Shown: in pieces, positions 14,001 to 27,452 of the stretch
Layout of the letters: the number at the start of each line of letters is the position of its first letter
Position numbering within the stretch: position 1 is the stretch's first letter
Source of the DNA: Trichoplax adhaerens
Lineage: Eukaryota > Animalia > Placozoa
Length of the DNA stretch: 64,000 nt
Assembly (NCBI RefSeq): GCF_000150275.1
Contig: NW_002060951.1
Coordinates: forward strand, 2,662,580-2,726,579
Direction: 5' to 3'
Translations under genes and position numbers: made by a program
Notes under the pieces: generated by a model
What the model was told of the DNA's origin: nothing
Databases searched by the model: none
The model's input: only the letters and a program-made list of their open reading frames with translations

Positions 14001-17000
14001 TCTGCAGTATACATTCTTATGAAAAATCTTCGAGAATATGTTATGTAGCTTCTTTCCCATGATTTTTATATTGAATTTTGTGCTGTATTGCCATAAGATA
14101 CGTTTAAAATACACTATGAATGATCATTCTATCAGATCTTCAGATTAGGTTAGTTTAACGATGATACTTTTTACTATACTGATATGAAATAATTTATTTG
14201 ACAGGGGATTTGGCTTCGTTACTTTCACTGATGCCGATAATGTGGAAAAAGTTTTGCAAAGCGGGCCACATAAGTTGGATGATAAAAATGTAAGTACTTA
14301 ATAAATAGCAACTACTACGTGATGTGTTGTTAAAGGTTACAGACGATGATCAGAATACTCAAATATCACATCAAAATATTCTGTAGTGAGTTGTTTTAGA
14401 ATAGTTTATATTGCTTTTGGAATAATCTATATGACTTGCAGCGTGTGATCTTTTGTGCACCTATGCGTGTATATACTTATTTCGATATAATTTCTGCTTT
14501 GATTACTTTATAGTATGTCTAGTAATACTGCATGTCCTTGTTAGTAAAACACTAGTATAGTAGAATCGTTAGAAGCGCTATGCCTTAAAAATGTGCCGTA
14601 TATCATCAGGACATTAATATTTCGTCCCGTTCCTACATATGTATTATTTAACGTTATTATGCTAAGGCAATTTCCTATACATTTTGCTAAACGGGCTCTA
14701 CATAACGATCATAATTTTTTCAGCAAAGGGATTTTAGTTTAGAGGAAAAGACAGTTGCAGTTACGGTTTCAGCTACCAGCATTTTAAATATAATACTGTA
14801 TTCTTTACTTACTTTATTATCCATTTTAATCACAATGATTTCTTTAATAGTATTCATACTACAACATGTAGCTAATTTATGGCAGATAATATTGACTACT
14901 TCTATTGCTATTACAACTACTGGAATTCAAATAGTACAATTTCCCATTTGCAATATCAATAGATGTAACGATACAAATAGAATGTAACTATAGCTAGCTA
15001 AAGTTAACTATTGTTATTGGCTTTCATTAATTTTTACTTTTTTTAGCGATTGAAATAGCCTTGAGAATAAATATGTCATTAATAGTTTATATATGAATAC
15101 AATATGAGAATTAAATCTGAATTAAATAACATATGATGAAAATACCTTTCAATGAAGAATGCTTTTAGAAAACTGCAAGTCCATATTGATAGTAAACGTA
15201 TTAAAAGTAAAGGCATAAATTGACAAGAGCTAAATTTCCATAGTTTATACGTAAACAGATATTTAGTCATTAAAAAATGCATTCTAATTAAAGGATCAAT
15301 AACTGTGTATTTAATCTATCTCATGAATGTACATTCAGAAATTAAAACATATGATAGATTGATAAGATTCTGCTAGAATGATAGAACATGAAATTGGAAT
15401 GGATAGATTGTAGTGATCTTGAGAGTACATCGCTATCCATTAAAAGTTTACAATCAAAGTTATTTCAGTTTTCATAAATAGTAATTTCAAATTATCGTTA
15501 AATTACTAATTATGCTCTTTATTTTTTACCTTAAACTTACGTCGTACACTTGATCAATTAAAGGGACTACTGATTAAAATATTTCTAGACAGATATTTGA
15601 TAGATAAATCATATTCACTATTCCTTTCAATACTTTTTATTTCATGTAATCTTCCACCTCTTAAGATACTTATATGTGATAGGTTATTTGATCTTTCACA
15701 TTTACCTATTGAATGAGAAGTTAATCAATTTAAGTTTTACCTAAAGAGATTTAGTAATATACTTCCCATCAATCAATTTATTATGACTTTAAGACCGAAA
15801 ATGGACAGTTACACTCAGTTTGAACCCTACTACATTATAAATGGAGGTGTATATCTCGAAATAAGATCAGTAGCAGCAAATGAAAAGGCAAAAAAATCAT
15901 AGCGTACTTACTATTATAGCTAATATCGCCTCTGTTGCAAAATGAAGTTGGATTATTAACATGTACTGTAGTTAATAAGTTTGACAGATATTTTACATTA
16001 ACTTAGCCTTACTGCATTGTAGGGCTCATTATAATTTATACTTACGTAACTTAATTACAGGCAATATAGTATAAACTGAACCATTTCTTGAAAGGTAATT
16101 ATTTTCATACTATGAGCATGAGTGACTTAGTCAATTCTATGCGGTAACAAAAATCATTTTATTAGTTATATAATGGATAAATAGAAATCTATTTGTATTC
16201 ATACTTATTCTTGCTGCTATAAATTGAATTATAGATGACTATATAGTTATTTAAAGAATATTTTAAGATTCTTTGTCGAAGTAGATCCTTTCAATTATTT
16301 TTAAATACATGGTATTTATAGTAAAAAATCACTGAATAGCTGCAACTTTACTCTGATTAAAGAAACTAAATAATCTGAAGAGTTATTCTTTATTCAATCA
16401 GGTTGCATCTGCTATTTAATTTTACCTCTAACTTTTATATAAAATCGAATCTTACCTTATATATCAATAACTCGAATATTATCTAATTACATTTTATAGT
16501 TCTAAAGTAAGAAATTTATACATTAGTTGAAGGATTTTATAATATTATTTATAGTATTTGTATACCGTAATCTAGTTAGTTACCTATTCGGGAACTTATT
16601 ATTGCTAATTAAATATGAAACAGCTAGCTAATATTGTATTATATAAGATATGATAAATATATCCTAAATTCTAAAATGACTAAAAAATCAGCATTGTCTA
16701 TTAATAAATTTATATGTCAATGTTGCGATAATATCAGATTTATCGAAATGTAATGACAAAATGATACTCTATATGTCACTATCACTTCGAGATCAATTTT
16801 TTTATGATAGCAACATAATCTCAGCTGACATATTGATGACATATCATAAATCTATTTAGTTAAATGTAAAAAAATCATAGTAATTTTGTAATACTGAAAT
16901 TATAATTATCATTCTAGATTGATGCTAAGGTAGCTTATCCTAAAAAACAAAGGCAGAAGGTGAGTGATGATCTGTGAAAACGTTTTATACATTGCCAATT

Positions 17001-20000
17001 TGAATTTTTAATGGCTAAGTGATTTATCAAGTATTCTAATACTGACAAATTAATGCTAATCATCGATAAATGATTTCACATAAACTCCTAATTCAAATAG
17101 TAAAACTTAGACATTCAACTCGTGAATTATAACCTAGATTACAAAAAAGTGAAAATATTTTTGTTGCACATCGTAATTGTCTTAGTCCAAAATATCGTTG
17201 AAATTCGTAGCTTACTTTGTGGCTTTAGCCAGCGCTCAATATCAGTGATAGTCACCCTAACTGATATGATCTATATAATTTTTCAAAGTGTAGAGATAAC
17301 GTAGGATTATAAAAGTTAAGATAGTTCTGTTATTACTCATTCTATTATCAGCTGGTGACTAGAACGAAGAAGGTGTTCGTTGGCGGAATTGCTACCAATA
17401 CCACGACAGAAGATATTACAAAGTATTTTGAAACTTTTGGCCAGGTAAATTAAAAGATTTATGCTCAGCAACTTGATGTCTTAATATGTTTTTTTCTATT
17501 TTATTGAAAGGAGGATATCGTCTAATGAGTTAGTTGTTATAACTTGAATTTATATTAAATTTACTTAGAGTTTGCAATTCACTTTTCATTTGCTCCAATA
17601 ATAATAGTGTTTTATCATTGAATACTTTTTCTCGACTATAAAAAACGAGTATCAAATGATGATATTTAATATAAATTTTACGGGATATTCGAGGGGCTGG
17701 GATAAGTATACTATATCCAATTATATTTGATATTGTAAAGCATAATTGATATGTCATTAAATCGCATATACGATAATATTCGATCTTTCTGCTCGTTATA
17801 GCGCTATAATCACTACCACAGTACATAATAACATGCAATGTATGTATGCAAATACGTAGTAATGACTCATTTTCTATCTTCTAGTATTAATTACTACTGA
17901 TATTTAGATAATTTATAAGATAAATAGTGTTCAGTTGATTTACTAATATGAAATTAGCCATCTGTTTAGTTCTGCTTTTAACTTTGTTTCGGTATTTTCA
18001 GAAAGTGGTACATCATTTAGTAAGCAATCCATTCGTACTTTATCCAATTTACTCTATCAAAGTATATCTAAAGTGAAAAATAAATTACAGAGTAAAATAA
18101 TCGACTTCATTTTATGCTGGAATAAAAAACTCCCTAAATCAACTGGTTGGTATTAGACAAATGGTACATAAAAAATAAGATTGTAATCTTAGACACTCAT
18201 GTGACAATACCAACGTTATGAATACAGCAATATTGACTTGCAAAGTGTCATACAGCTACGAATTAAGATTTTCTGTAAATTATAAACCAAGAAAGTAACT
18301 TATTATCCGTTATTTCTGGATAATTCAACGTCCATGCTTTCAGTCATATACTTCGTAGGTTCCTGTGGTGTGATCAATGAATAATTTTATTCCACAGTTT
18401 AATAATAATGAATATTTAGCGCTGAACCGATTTGAACTAAAACAAATAGTAATATATCCCTGGGATTTTGTAGATATTTGAATTCAGGATAAAATAAAAT
18501 TTTATCTGTATAGTGACTTATTACAAAATTTTTAATATAATACTATTGAGATTTCGTTTAATTTATCCGCGTAATGTAATAGAGTTATTAATCAACAATT
18601 TCACAAATGTGCCTGTATAGTTAGGATTGCTTTTATTTTGATTGACAAAGAACATATCTATGGCTATTTCTATGACCCATATATTCAACTTGAAATAAAA
18701 TAATTATGAGCTCAATAATACGTCAGTAATAATAAATTTAATTCCTTTCTAAATGCTAAATACTCCTTTCTTGATCATGGATAAACAATAGATAGAGGAT
18801 GCTATGCTGATGTTCGACAAATCAACTCAAAGACATCGAGGTACGGTTTGAAGTCAATGAGTTACTAAAAGAACTTATTATAATCGTTTGCTCGTATAAA
18901 GGGCAGTGGAGATTTCCATTAGGTCTAAATTTACACAAGATTTAATCGAATTTTCGTTACTTTTTTTACGGCCAAATCAATCATTAAGGCTTCGGATTCG
19001 TAATATTTGAATCGGAAGATTCTGCTGATAAGGCTTGCGAAGTTCATTTCCACGAAATCAACAATAAAAAAGTAAAATAGCACAACTAAACTGTTTAGAA
19101 ATTTTACTTGACTCAATAATTATAATGCATAATTTTATCAATGATGCTCCAACTAAATTTAATTTCATAGGTTGAAGTCAAGAAAGCACAACCTAAAGAA
19201 GTCATGCATTCCCAGACTAGTGGAACAAAGGGTCATCTCAAAACTAATCACAATCGTGGAATTCGTAAGTTATCATGTAGTTCTTATACCATATCTGTAC
19301 CGTATGTAGAAATTTAATATCAGCCTGTTATGTAACAGCTATAGTCTTTAAAGATAATTTATTAACAAAACTCTATAATTAAAATAGCAAATTACGCTTC
19401 TTATGGTGGGTTTGGTCGTGGTTACCCAGGTTTTGGCCCTGGATTTGCAGGATTCCCGTTTGCTGGTTGGACTAGTTTTATCTTTGCCAATTTAGAGGTG
19501 ATTATTTCCTAACGATCATCATTGGATGTTAATTGTTTGCATAGGCTATAACGCTGCAGCTGTTGCTGCTTACAACGGTCGAGGCCGAGGTGGAAGGGGC
19601 AGACCTTTTATGAATCCATTTGGTCCTGGAACTCATGGTACAGCAGTAACGCAATAATTTCTCTACGAAGATGATAGATTGACAAGATTGATATGCTTAT
19701 ACGTCTATAGTATATAAATATATAACGGTAGAAATATCTTAATGTAACTATTACGATCACAGGCTTTCCTGGCTATCCGGGGGGATTCGTAGGTACAGAT
19801 CAACGAAGAACTTCTGCTAACGCATATTATCACGAATATCCTATTGGTGGTAGTAATATGAGAGGTGGTCCACGCAATGATGCCAGCCCTATCCATCAGG
19901 CTGATTATGGTACTGAAATATTAATTTGACGCCACACTAATAATTTTTGTAAATACCTTTATTCTAAAAGATATCACTGATTAGATTTGAGATTATTTTT

Positions 20001-20394
20001 AAAATGCCTCTTTTACCTACGATAGGATTAATGAATAGTTATGGAGCACCACAAGGATATGGACCACCAACTTCACCTGGAGCACGAGGCTACGGACAAA
20101 CTACTAGTCCTGGACCAGTGGTTGAAGCCAATAATTCATATGGTCAAGCTTCAAATAAGTCGCAACCGGCTGGTAATGGATCTATTACATATAATCCAAT
20201 GCCTTCAGCTTCGAATCAGCAACCTGGAGCTGGCTATCATCCTTCAACATTGACAGTAAGTACACACCTAGATAATATTGTTAACGTTGATTAATGGACT
20301 TGTTTCAGTTACACTACGGTACAGGACGGTAACTACTGTATAGCTATTACTGATTATTATATCCATTGATTTTGTCTATTTACAGAGAGGATAA
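11100..20394 (+). CDS. MSI: Musashi RNA-binding protein (2 RRMs), 14 coding exons
   Basis: Exons 11100-11314, 11926-11966, 12701-12782, 14205-14289, 16918-16959, 17352-17444, 18792-18840, 18989-19071, 19171-19264, 19388-19465, 19545-19637, 19763-19909, 20026-20255, 20386-20394 join in frame over GT-AG introns: [98 protein letters not shown]. The last micro-exon (RG*) is less certain. Confidence 0.95.
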
Positions 20395-23121
20395 AGCTAT
20401 AGTAAAATATTTCAAATTACGGTTATTGCAACACTCCAAGATGACCGTTGATAATACAATTGAAGAAGCAAAAATAGTAACAGAGTAAATACTCAATTTT
20501 AAAAGAAATTTTCCTCCTTTGTAAAGAAACAACATTAGAAGGTTTTGTGTAATAAGTTTTGGGCGGCAAATATGAACGAGCAAGTAATCAATCACTTGAG
20601 ATCCCAATTTAGTTGTGTTAGTGGCTTCCAATTTCATCTATATTTCTCTATTAGACATTAATTTGTTGGCTTAAACGTTTAGATCGGATCGTATTTGGTA
20701 TAAAACTCTATTTTGTGAGGTTAACATGATTATTTCATTGTATGGAGTTGATACGTGTACAATGATAATTAATTCTACTGATTTTTGGTACTTTTTTGTC
20801 GCGCACTTATAGAGTAAAAGTAGATGTAAAATAATTAGCTTATAAACTACCGTGATTGATTATTGTAATTTTTACTCAGCCAGTTACTAGATAAATGCCT
20901 TTTTTTTTAACATGATAGCAGCATGGATTAATTACTACAGTAATTACTTTTCCTATCCCAATTATTATTTGTCTAATGTGTCTTACAGAATCAACTTGTC
21001 GCCCCTTACTTAAAAATTTTATTAATCAGCAACTTGGATTATCTTGCTTTGATTTTTCTTCTTTCAGCCAACAATAATTTTCCATATATCTTCTGCACAT
21101 TTCCTATGTTCTTTTAACCAATACAAGATATCGTCATTTTCGATGATTCTGTTTGCAATAGTTGAATGATCTTAAAAGCATGACAAATATAAGATTGCAT
21201 CAATAACAACAGCTAATGCTTGTACGAGTATGGCATATTCTGATGGAAATATGTCGTATGTGACAATATTGATTGGACCGGAATCTTATTTACGATCATG
21301 TCTTGAATCAGTCCAATTTATCGTATTATTCGTTAATTGGCAGTTTATTTTTTAACTGTGGTTGAAGAATTATTTCATCAAAAAAATTAATTCAATTCTG
21401 CGTTTGTCATTTGGAATGGAGTAATTTGCAATCAGTGTTCTATCATTTTCCATAAAGCTTATTAAAATCATAAATTGTACGAAATTTTCACGTTCTTGCA
21501 TGACTGCTTACAAACTGAAACCAAGGCTTCGATATGGTATCGTACTTATTTCTGTTGATTAGCACAAGTAACAGGACCGATAATTGTTTTATGGCTGGCA
21601 TTACTGCTTTATAGCGCTTATAACGGTTCTTTAAGTACACTAATAGAGCAGTTAAAAGGCATCAGTTTTCACATTTATTTCGTAATGTTTAAGGTCATGT
21701 CATCCTCTTGCTGCATCTGTAACTCTGCAGCTATACAGTATCATGAAAGTATGTATCCTAGGAGTACCTATTGAAATTTTATTATTATTTCGGTAGATTA
21801 ATTATTAATTTGATTCAGCCATTGTTAGTGAAAGTTAGCAATATGATTGATTGTAACGAATTATGCTTAGCAGTATAAAAATACAGTTATATATTCACGC
21901 TCCATAAAGTGCATTGTTATGATAGTTGAGATGATATTATGCATGTAGAATTTACATCTTCTCGGCCTTTCATTGGAAGATATTAATAGGTACAAATGAC
22001 AAACCTACATCCATAAACTTCTTAAATTGTCCCCTGACAATAAGCAGTGTGGTGTTATCACAATCAGAAATTTTTGAGATCTTTTGCCTCGGTGTTGAGT
22101 TTACTGAGTCGGGAATATTGATTATTATAAGTTAATCAATTACTTATTATTGATCAAACAAACAACTGCATTACTTCATACCTAAAGTCGATCTTTACTA
22201 TTTAACCGGATTTTCTTAAAATATGATCCGAACAATGAATTAGATTTAACTACTAGATGATTTATTTTACCGATTTCTTAGCGCAGTTTTCGACAATTAA
22301 CCTAAAGGTAAGCTCCTTCAGTCCAATAAACGATAAATAGCCGCACCCAGTAATACAGTGCACTCTTACTTTCGTGTAGGGCCACATAGGCCTACTTTAT
22401 AGCAAGAGGTGATCTTATTTGAAATTAATAATTTGTAATTAATTGATCACTACTTTTCGTGGTTAATGACTAGTAAGGTATTTATTATTACTAATGTTTG
22501 TAACTTTTTCATCAACTACAAATATAAGGCCATACGCGTATCGTTTTGATAAAATCTATCTATAAAGTGAGTAACGATTCCAGATAAATAAATTTCAAGA
22601 ATGATGCTTCCTTGGTATGAAGTAACAGTACTGTGTAAAGTCTAGTGGTGATATTAATATATTAATCTTGCGTAATATCGCCTTTGAAATCGATATACTT
22701 TCTTTTATTGAAGATATTCGCACGTATGTACAATTACATCAACTGTGATTTTATTCAAAAAAAAGAACTTAAAGTGTAATAAGCAAGTGTGAGATGTCTT
22801 TATTTTGTCACTGGAGCGTATTCGAAGTGTATGCTTTTTGTAATAAGAAAATAGATAAATTAACCACAATGGGTATCACTGCGAAATGTACTGAATCGAA
22901 CTTGTACGTAAATTAGCTGTCAAAGACGCTCTTCTTTATCTAATCTACTATATAACTCTTTTAATACAAAAGAATCAGACAACATTAGCTCAGTGATGAC
23001 AAAGTCTATCATTTAGTGATTATTGTATCAATATTTTACGCAATATTAGATTTACTAATATGCACTTAAAGTTAATTTAGAGTAATATTTAAGGCACAAG
23101 ACTGGTACTGAAAGTACTGAC

Positions 23122-24727
23122 TCATAAAGTCGAATTCCACATCATTTCCTTAAATTTTTTCAAGTTAATTTGGGTTATTACTTGGATAAGTGATCGATTT
23201 GAACGATTATCCCAGTCAATAACAACCTGGCCTTTGGTTAATCTTCCATCTGTTTCAACACTGGCCGCAACTTCTACATAGTCCTTTACTATTGTTGGAT
23301 CTAACACAGTTGCTACCGCGACGGCATCACTTGATGTATATCCTTTAGGAGATTCGTTTCTCCAATTGTCTAGGACATTAGCCAGTATATTGCGAGTAAA
23401 TTGACTTTTTTTGGTCCCTTGACAAAACCATTTCTTTGTAACCCAATCCCAGGGTAGATAGCTAGCTAAAGCACTTTCCCAAGGTACAATACGGGTGGTG
23501 CAGACATCAGGAAATGTTTCTAGGACAACGTTTGCAGCTTCCGGATCGGCATAAAAGTTGAATTCAGCGGCTGTGGTAATGTTACCCTTACCTAAAAGAA
23601 ATACTGTAGATAAGTACTAACAAGATTTTTTTTGGTGTTAGATCATTTAATTTAATAATGTAACATCACGGTCATATTTACTTAACTTTACTCCGACTGT
23701 CCATGCAAGAACAGTCGAAGCACATAGTAATCACTATGTACTTTGCTATCCGAAAGTTGGAAACGCAAATAAACACGCCGTACGTACAATAGCGATTGTG
23801 ATGATACTGTATTGCACACCCGTATACGAGCTCGTACATGTACAATAATTTAGTATTAATTAATAGATTGATAATTGACAGCCCTAACATATTGTAGACA
23901 TAATATAATGTATTGGATTTGACAATACAGTACAGTATATTGGAGCTACCATTGGGCATTGGCAGATATTATTTCTAACAAGGGTAATCCACGCATTAGT
24001 CTTAAGGCAGAAACAATTCATGATCAGTAGGTCCAAAACGTCATTAGGGTTTCTTAATTGCAGTAATGATCACGAAATATTCAATTTCAAGGGGCTGACG
24101 TTATATTAATAGCATACCTTGATAATTTCCTCCCATTATGGTCAAGTCTTTGACTTTACTCGGAAATGTGGGATCAAGTCTGCATGCTAAGGCAAGGTTA
24201 GTCAGTGGTCCAATCATAATCAAACTTACTTTATTCCTATTCTGATTAATTAAATTGATCATAGCATGGACAGCATGGTCTTCTCGTAGTACTTTGTCTT
24301 TCCATTCTGGGTTATCATTCCTTTTTTTGATATCACCTAATCCGTCGGTCCCGTGAAAAGGAGGCGCATGGACGTGTTGTGTAACCAATGGATGATCAGC
24401 TCCTGCGAAGACTGGAATATCGTCGCGCTCGCAAATTTCCAGAACGTAGGCTACATTCTTTACAACTTGGTCGACTCTGATATTACCGTTAACACATGTT
24501 ATACCCAACAATTTCGATGTACGAAATGCGGATAATGCAAGTATAATTGCATTTGCATCATCAATACCACAATCGACATCCATGAGTAAAAGATTTTCAC
24601 TTTGTTTATTCTCTGCAATATTCGAATATTTAGCGTGGGCCAATGTTGACAATGTCTGCTGAACATTACAATATCGGCTAACAACTCTTTTGCTTAGAAG
24701 ATTACCAAAACATCGCATAAAAGACAT
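23122..24727 (-). CDS. Nucleoside hydrolase paralog A (IUNH family), ~359 aa, with a probable mitochondrial presequence
   Basis: Exons 24727-24118 and 23591-23122 (1080 nt, in frame). Motifs DVDCGIDD, VNGN, FHGTDGLGD, GPLTNLA, MGGNYQG^KGN, AEFNFYADPEAA, SSDAVA. Confidence 0.93.
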
Positions 24728-24834
24728 CCTGAGATCTACTGTACATTAATAGTCGATTATATTATGTAATTTTTTATGGTTATTAACCTCATAAGAGATG
24801 TAGGTAGTGAGGCGACGGGTCCGCTAGTGTTATA

Positions 24835-25230
24835 CAGTGTACTGTATAGCTTAACAATAATATAAACGTTTAGTTGAGGGATAAACGTTATTAATCCATT
24901 CTAAATTTGACACCGTAGTGTACAGTACAGTACAGTACAGGTGATGCAGCACCTGAATGTACTGTACAGGAGGCCCAGCCATAATAAGCCCGACTACTCA
25001 GATACTCAGCGTAAATAGCTTAAACGATGATACATTATTCTAAGAGTCTTTAAGCTATTTACGCTGAGTATCTGAGTAGTCGGGGTTATTATGGCTGGGC
25101 CTAATGTACTGTACACTGTACAGTACAGTACAGTACATAGCGAGAGCTAGTGGACACTGTACAGTGTACAGTACTGTACTGTACTGTATACTGTATACTG
25201 TAGGCTTTGTATTGTACAGTACTGTACTGT
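24835..25230. promoter_or_regulatory. GTAC-based repeat field between divergent NH-A and NH-B
   Basis: Runs of (GTACA)n and (GTACT)n such as tacagtacagtacagtacag and gtactgtactgtactgta in the 546-bp gap between the two ATGs. The regulatory role is inferred from position. Confidence 0.5.
24971..25102. mobile_element. MITE-like 132-bp foldback element
   Basis: 54-bp inverted repeats (24971-25024 and 25049-25102, one mismatch), 24-nt spacer, termini AGGCCCAGCC/GGCTGGGCCT. No clear TSD. Confidence 0.7.
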
Positions 25231-25273
25231 GATTGAATTTTAGAAGGAGCAGTTTGGCATTTGAACTAAAAAG

Positions 25274-26474
25274 ATGTCAGAAATTGAAACATTGATTGCT
25301 GGAAAAACTTTGCTCTTGGATACCGATGCCGGTATTGATGATGCTCATGCTCTAATGGTTGCATTAACTCATGATAATTGCCGTGAGATTGTTGGTATTA
25401 CATGTACTTACGGCAACTGTTTAGTCGATCAAGTTGTTAAAAATGTTAGCTATATTTTAGAGTGGTATGATCGAAAGATTCCAGTATATAAAGGAGCACA
25501 AGCATCCCTAATGCGGACATACGAAGATTTAGCTTTTCATGGCCTTGATGGTCTTGGCGATATTGAATATCGTTGTGATAACAAGGAATGGATAGATAGT
25601 TTGTTGCAATCAGAGCATGCCGCAATAGCTATGATTAATTTAAGTAAAAAATACGAAAAAGAAATCACTTTAGTAGCTATTGGACCATTGACGAATCTTG
25701 CATTAGCATGCAGGATTGATGGGAATTTCCCTTCAAGACTGAAGGAATTGATTGTTATGGGAGGTAGCCATACAGGTAGGAGATATTGTGCATGCCCACA
25801 GTACTATAACATTTATACCCCAGAATAACTCTGAGTAGATCGTCATATGTTTGGTTAGCTAACCTAACTTAGATAATATAATTATTCCTGCAACTTTCTC
25901 CGGTTAATGGACTAATAATTATAATTAATATACTGTAGTCATAATTAATTAATTTGAAAACTTTGTTCTGACTTAAATTTTAGCTATGGGTAACGCTACA
26001 TCAACGGGAGAATTTAACTTTGTCGTCGATCCGGAGGCGGCTGCCATAGTTTTAGATGAATTTCCAAAATCCTGTCCCGTTAAGATTGTACCTTTAGAAG
26101 TTACTCATGCTTGTAGCATCGAATGGGATTGGATGTACGACACATGGCTTAAACAAGATTCCCCAAAAGCTACATTGAATCGAGATATGACGAAAAACCT
26201 ACTGAAAAAAATTAAATCTGGGATACCGGAGGGTTATCCAGCCTGGGATGTGCTAGCTGTTGCTACGGCCTTGCAACCAAATTTTATTCGTGATAGTTTC
26301 AAGACCTTTATGACCGTGGAACTTCATGGCAGCAGGACGAGAGGACAAGCTGTTATAGATCGAAGGATGAAATGTGATTACCCAGTTGAAGTAATTACAA
26401 AAATTGATAGGGAATTGCTACGAGAAATGTTATATAAATCGACCATGTCAATGGAAAGTCATGTTAGCTCATAG
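25274..26474 (+). CDS. Nucleoside hydrolase paralog B (IUNH family), ~330 aa
   Basis: Exons 25274-25775 and 25984-26474 (993 nt). DTDAGIDD, TYGN, FHGLDGLGD, GPLTNLA, GEFNFVVDPEAA, PAWDVLA. Confidence 0.93.
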
Positions 26475-26896
26475 TAATGACTTGACTAATTAATGAAGAG
26501 CCACGCTAAAATATTTTTGATCATACAATACACAATCGAACCCATCTTACACCTGTCAATGTGAAGTAAAATAGATCTTCGGATGATAATTAACATTACC
26601 TCATTTACCTGCGGCAAACTTCTCGATTTGTAAATACCTATTCTTTTAAGTGTAAAATTTCGTAAATAAGATGCACTCTCGTAGGCGTAAGGATGACTCC
26701 TCTTTTATGTACGTTTATAAAATATGTGTAATTTTGGAGTTACAATCTTGTAATCATCATTAGGGACAGTTCCTGTAACAATTTGACTTGTCTTATAACT
26801 TTTAGTAATTCTTAGATTGTTATCTTGATAACATGTAATAAAATTAAAAATCTTAGTTTATACTCCATTGCACATTTTAACTAATTTAATACCTGC

Positions 26897-27254
26897 TGTA
26901 ATAATATCTTCTTTAAGTAGCGTAAAGTAGTTTAAGCTAGACGATGATAGAAGGTATAAAGGATTTTATTGAGATATAGTTATAGGCTAACAATGATATG
27001 GTTGTTATAGATAAGGTATTTGAGATAGCAGGAACGTAGGAACTGACTAACGAGTTAGCTTACAAGGGTATTTATAGGTTTTAGATGAGATTGAGATAAT
27101 GTCTTTATATGTATAGCATGTCGTCTATATGTCGTCATCATGTCCGTGTGTTATGAATGTAATGCAATACAGTACTTAAATGGTATATGATAAGTATTCG
27201 TATATTAGGATATTACTATACTAGGCATCTTCTATATAAGATCACAATGTTACA
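26897..27254 (-). mobile_element. Solo LTR, family A (358 bp)
   Basis: TG...CA termini, near-identical to 5129-5486, flanked by CCTGC (26892-26896) and CCTGT (27255-27259), a 5-bp TSD with one mismatch. Confidence 0.88.
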
Positions 27255-27292
27255 CCTGTATTATGTATTCAGTTTTGCTTATATTATTGTTA

Positions 27293-27452
27293 CTAGTGCA
27301 AACTCCCGTCGCTTTGCTGACGGTTTACGATAATGTGCTCATTTAACAGATAGTATTACCATTTGTCGTAGACCTGTCAGAGGTTCAGTAACTTTATACC
27401 GTATAGTATTACCATTTGATAGACCAGTCAGAGGTTCAGTAACTTTATACCG
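27293..27452 (-). mobile_element. Helitron 3'-terminal fragment, copy 2, with an internal ~50-bp tandem duplication
   Basis: Minus strand CCGTC-agcaaagc-GACGG hairpin, 9 nt, CTAG, T. The block atagtattaccatttg...gaggttcagtaactttataccg occurs twice. Confidence 0.7.

Noticed and set aside
21955-21985. CTTCTCGGCCTTT matching the U2 snRNA 5' end
   Set aside because: Only 13 nt match; no GTGTAGTA branch-pairing sequence or Sm site follows.
24900-25230. CRISPR-like repeat array
   Set aside because: No constant repeat with unique spacers, no cas genes, and the context is eukaryotic.
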